The position numbers and the translations under genes were made by a program. The notes under the pieces are model-generated. The model worked only from the letters and a program-made list of their open reading frames with translations, was not told the origin of the DNA and ran no database searches. From contig OZ024741.1 in assembly GCA_964016885.1 (NCBI GenBank), forward strand, positions 25,544,001 through 25,608,000: a stretch of 64,000 nucleotides of DNA. The letters run 5' to 3'. Shown here one piece after another: positions 63,874 through 64,000 of this stretch; positions within the stretch are counted from its first letter, which is position 1, and the number at the start of each line of letters is the position of its first letter. This DNA comes from Eledone cirrhosa (taxonomy: Eukaryota).

Positions 63874-64000
63874 ACAGAAAATCATGTATTCTATGGGGAT
63901 CGAATAATCTTGGAATAGGAACAGGTGTGTGTGTGTGGGGGGGGGGGGGGGACTGAAAAATTAATAAGTGGGGGTGAGGGTGGAACTATTATGCAAGATC

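Overview
Repeat-dominated animal genomic DNA, probably an octopod cephalopod (inferred from the RTE/SINE/MITE repertoire, not provable here). Two spliced host genes lie on the minus strand and are largely missed by the ORF track. The first is the 5' end of NDUFS1 (coding exons 34106-34160 and 28936-29030, probable non-coding exon near 36018). The second is the last six coding exons of PINCH/LIMS (61341 down to the stop at 56444). Bases 1-26155 are a 49-bp satellite (about 530 monomers) with nested higher-order duplications. It lies in an NDUFS1 intron of at least 28.9 kb, and its monomer looks like a piggyBac-type TTAA|CCCTTT terminus. The rest is nested transposons: several RTE LINE fragments carrying a PHD-like finger (one 3' UTR expanded into a 55-unit 48-bp array), a CRE-like RLE retroelement split by a young CsRn1-type Ty3/gypsy element with an aberrant third partial LTR, a 573-bp near-perfect fold-back in a second gypsy relic, two CR1-group LINE copies, TTAA MITEs, tRNA-derived SINEs and several minisatellites. 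I found no convincing new protein-coding system. The most notable signals concern how transposon ends and UTRs become satellites, and unusual retroelement junctions.
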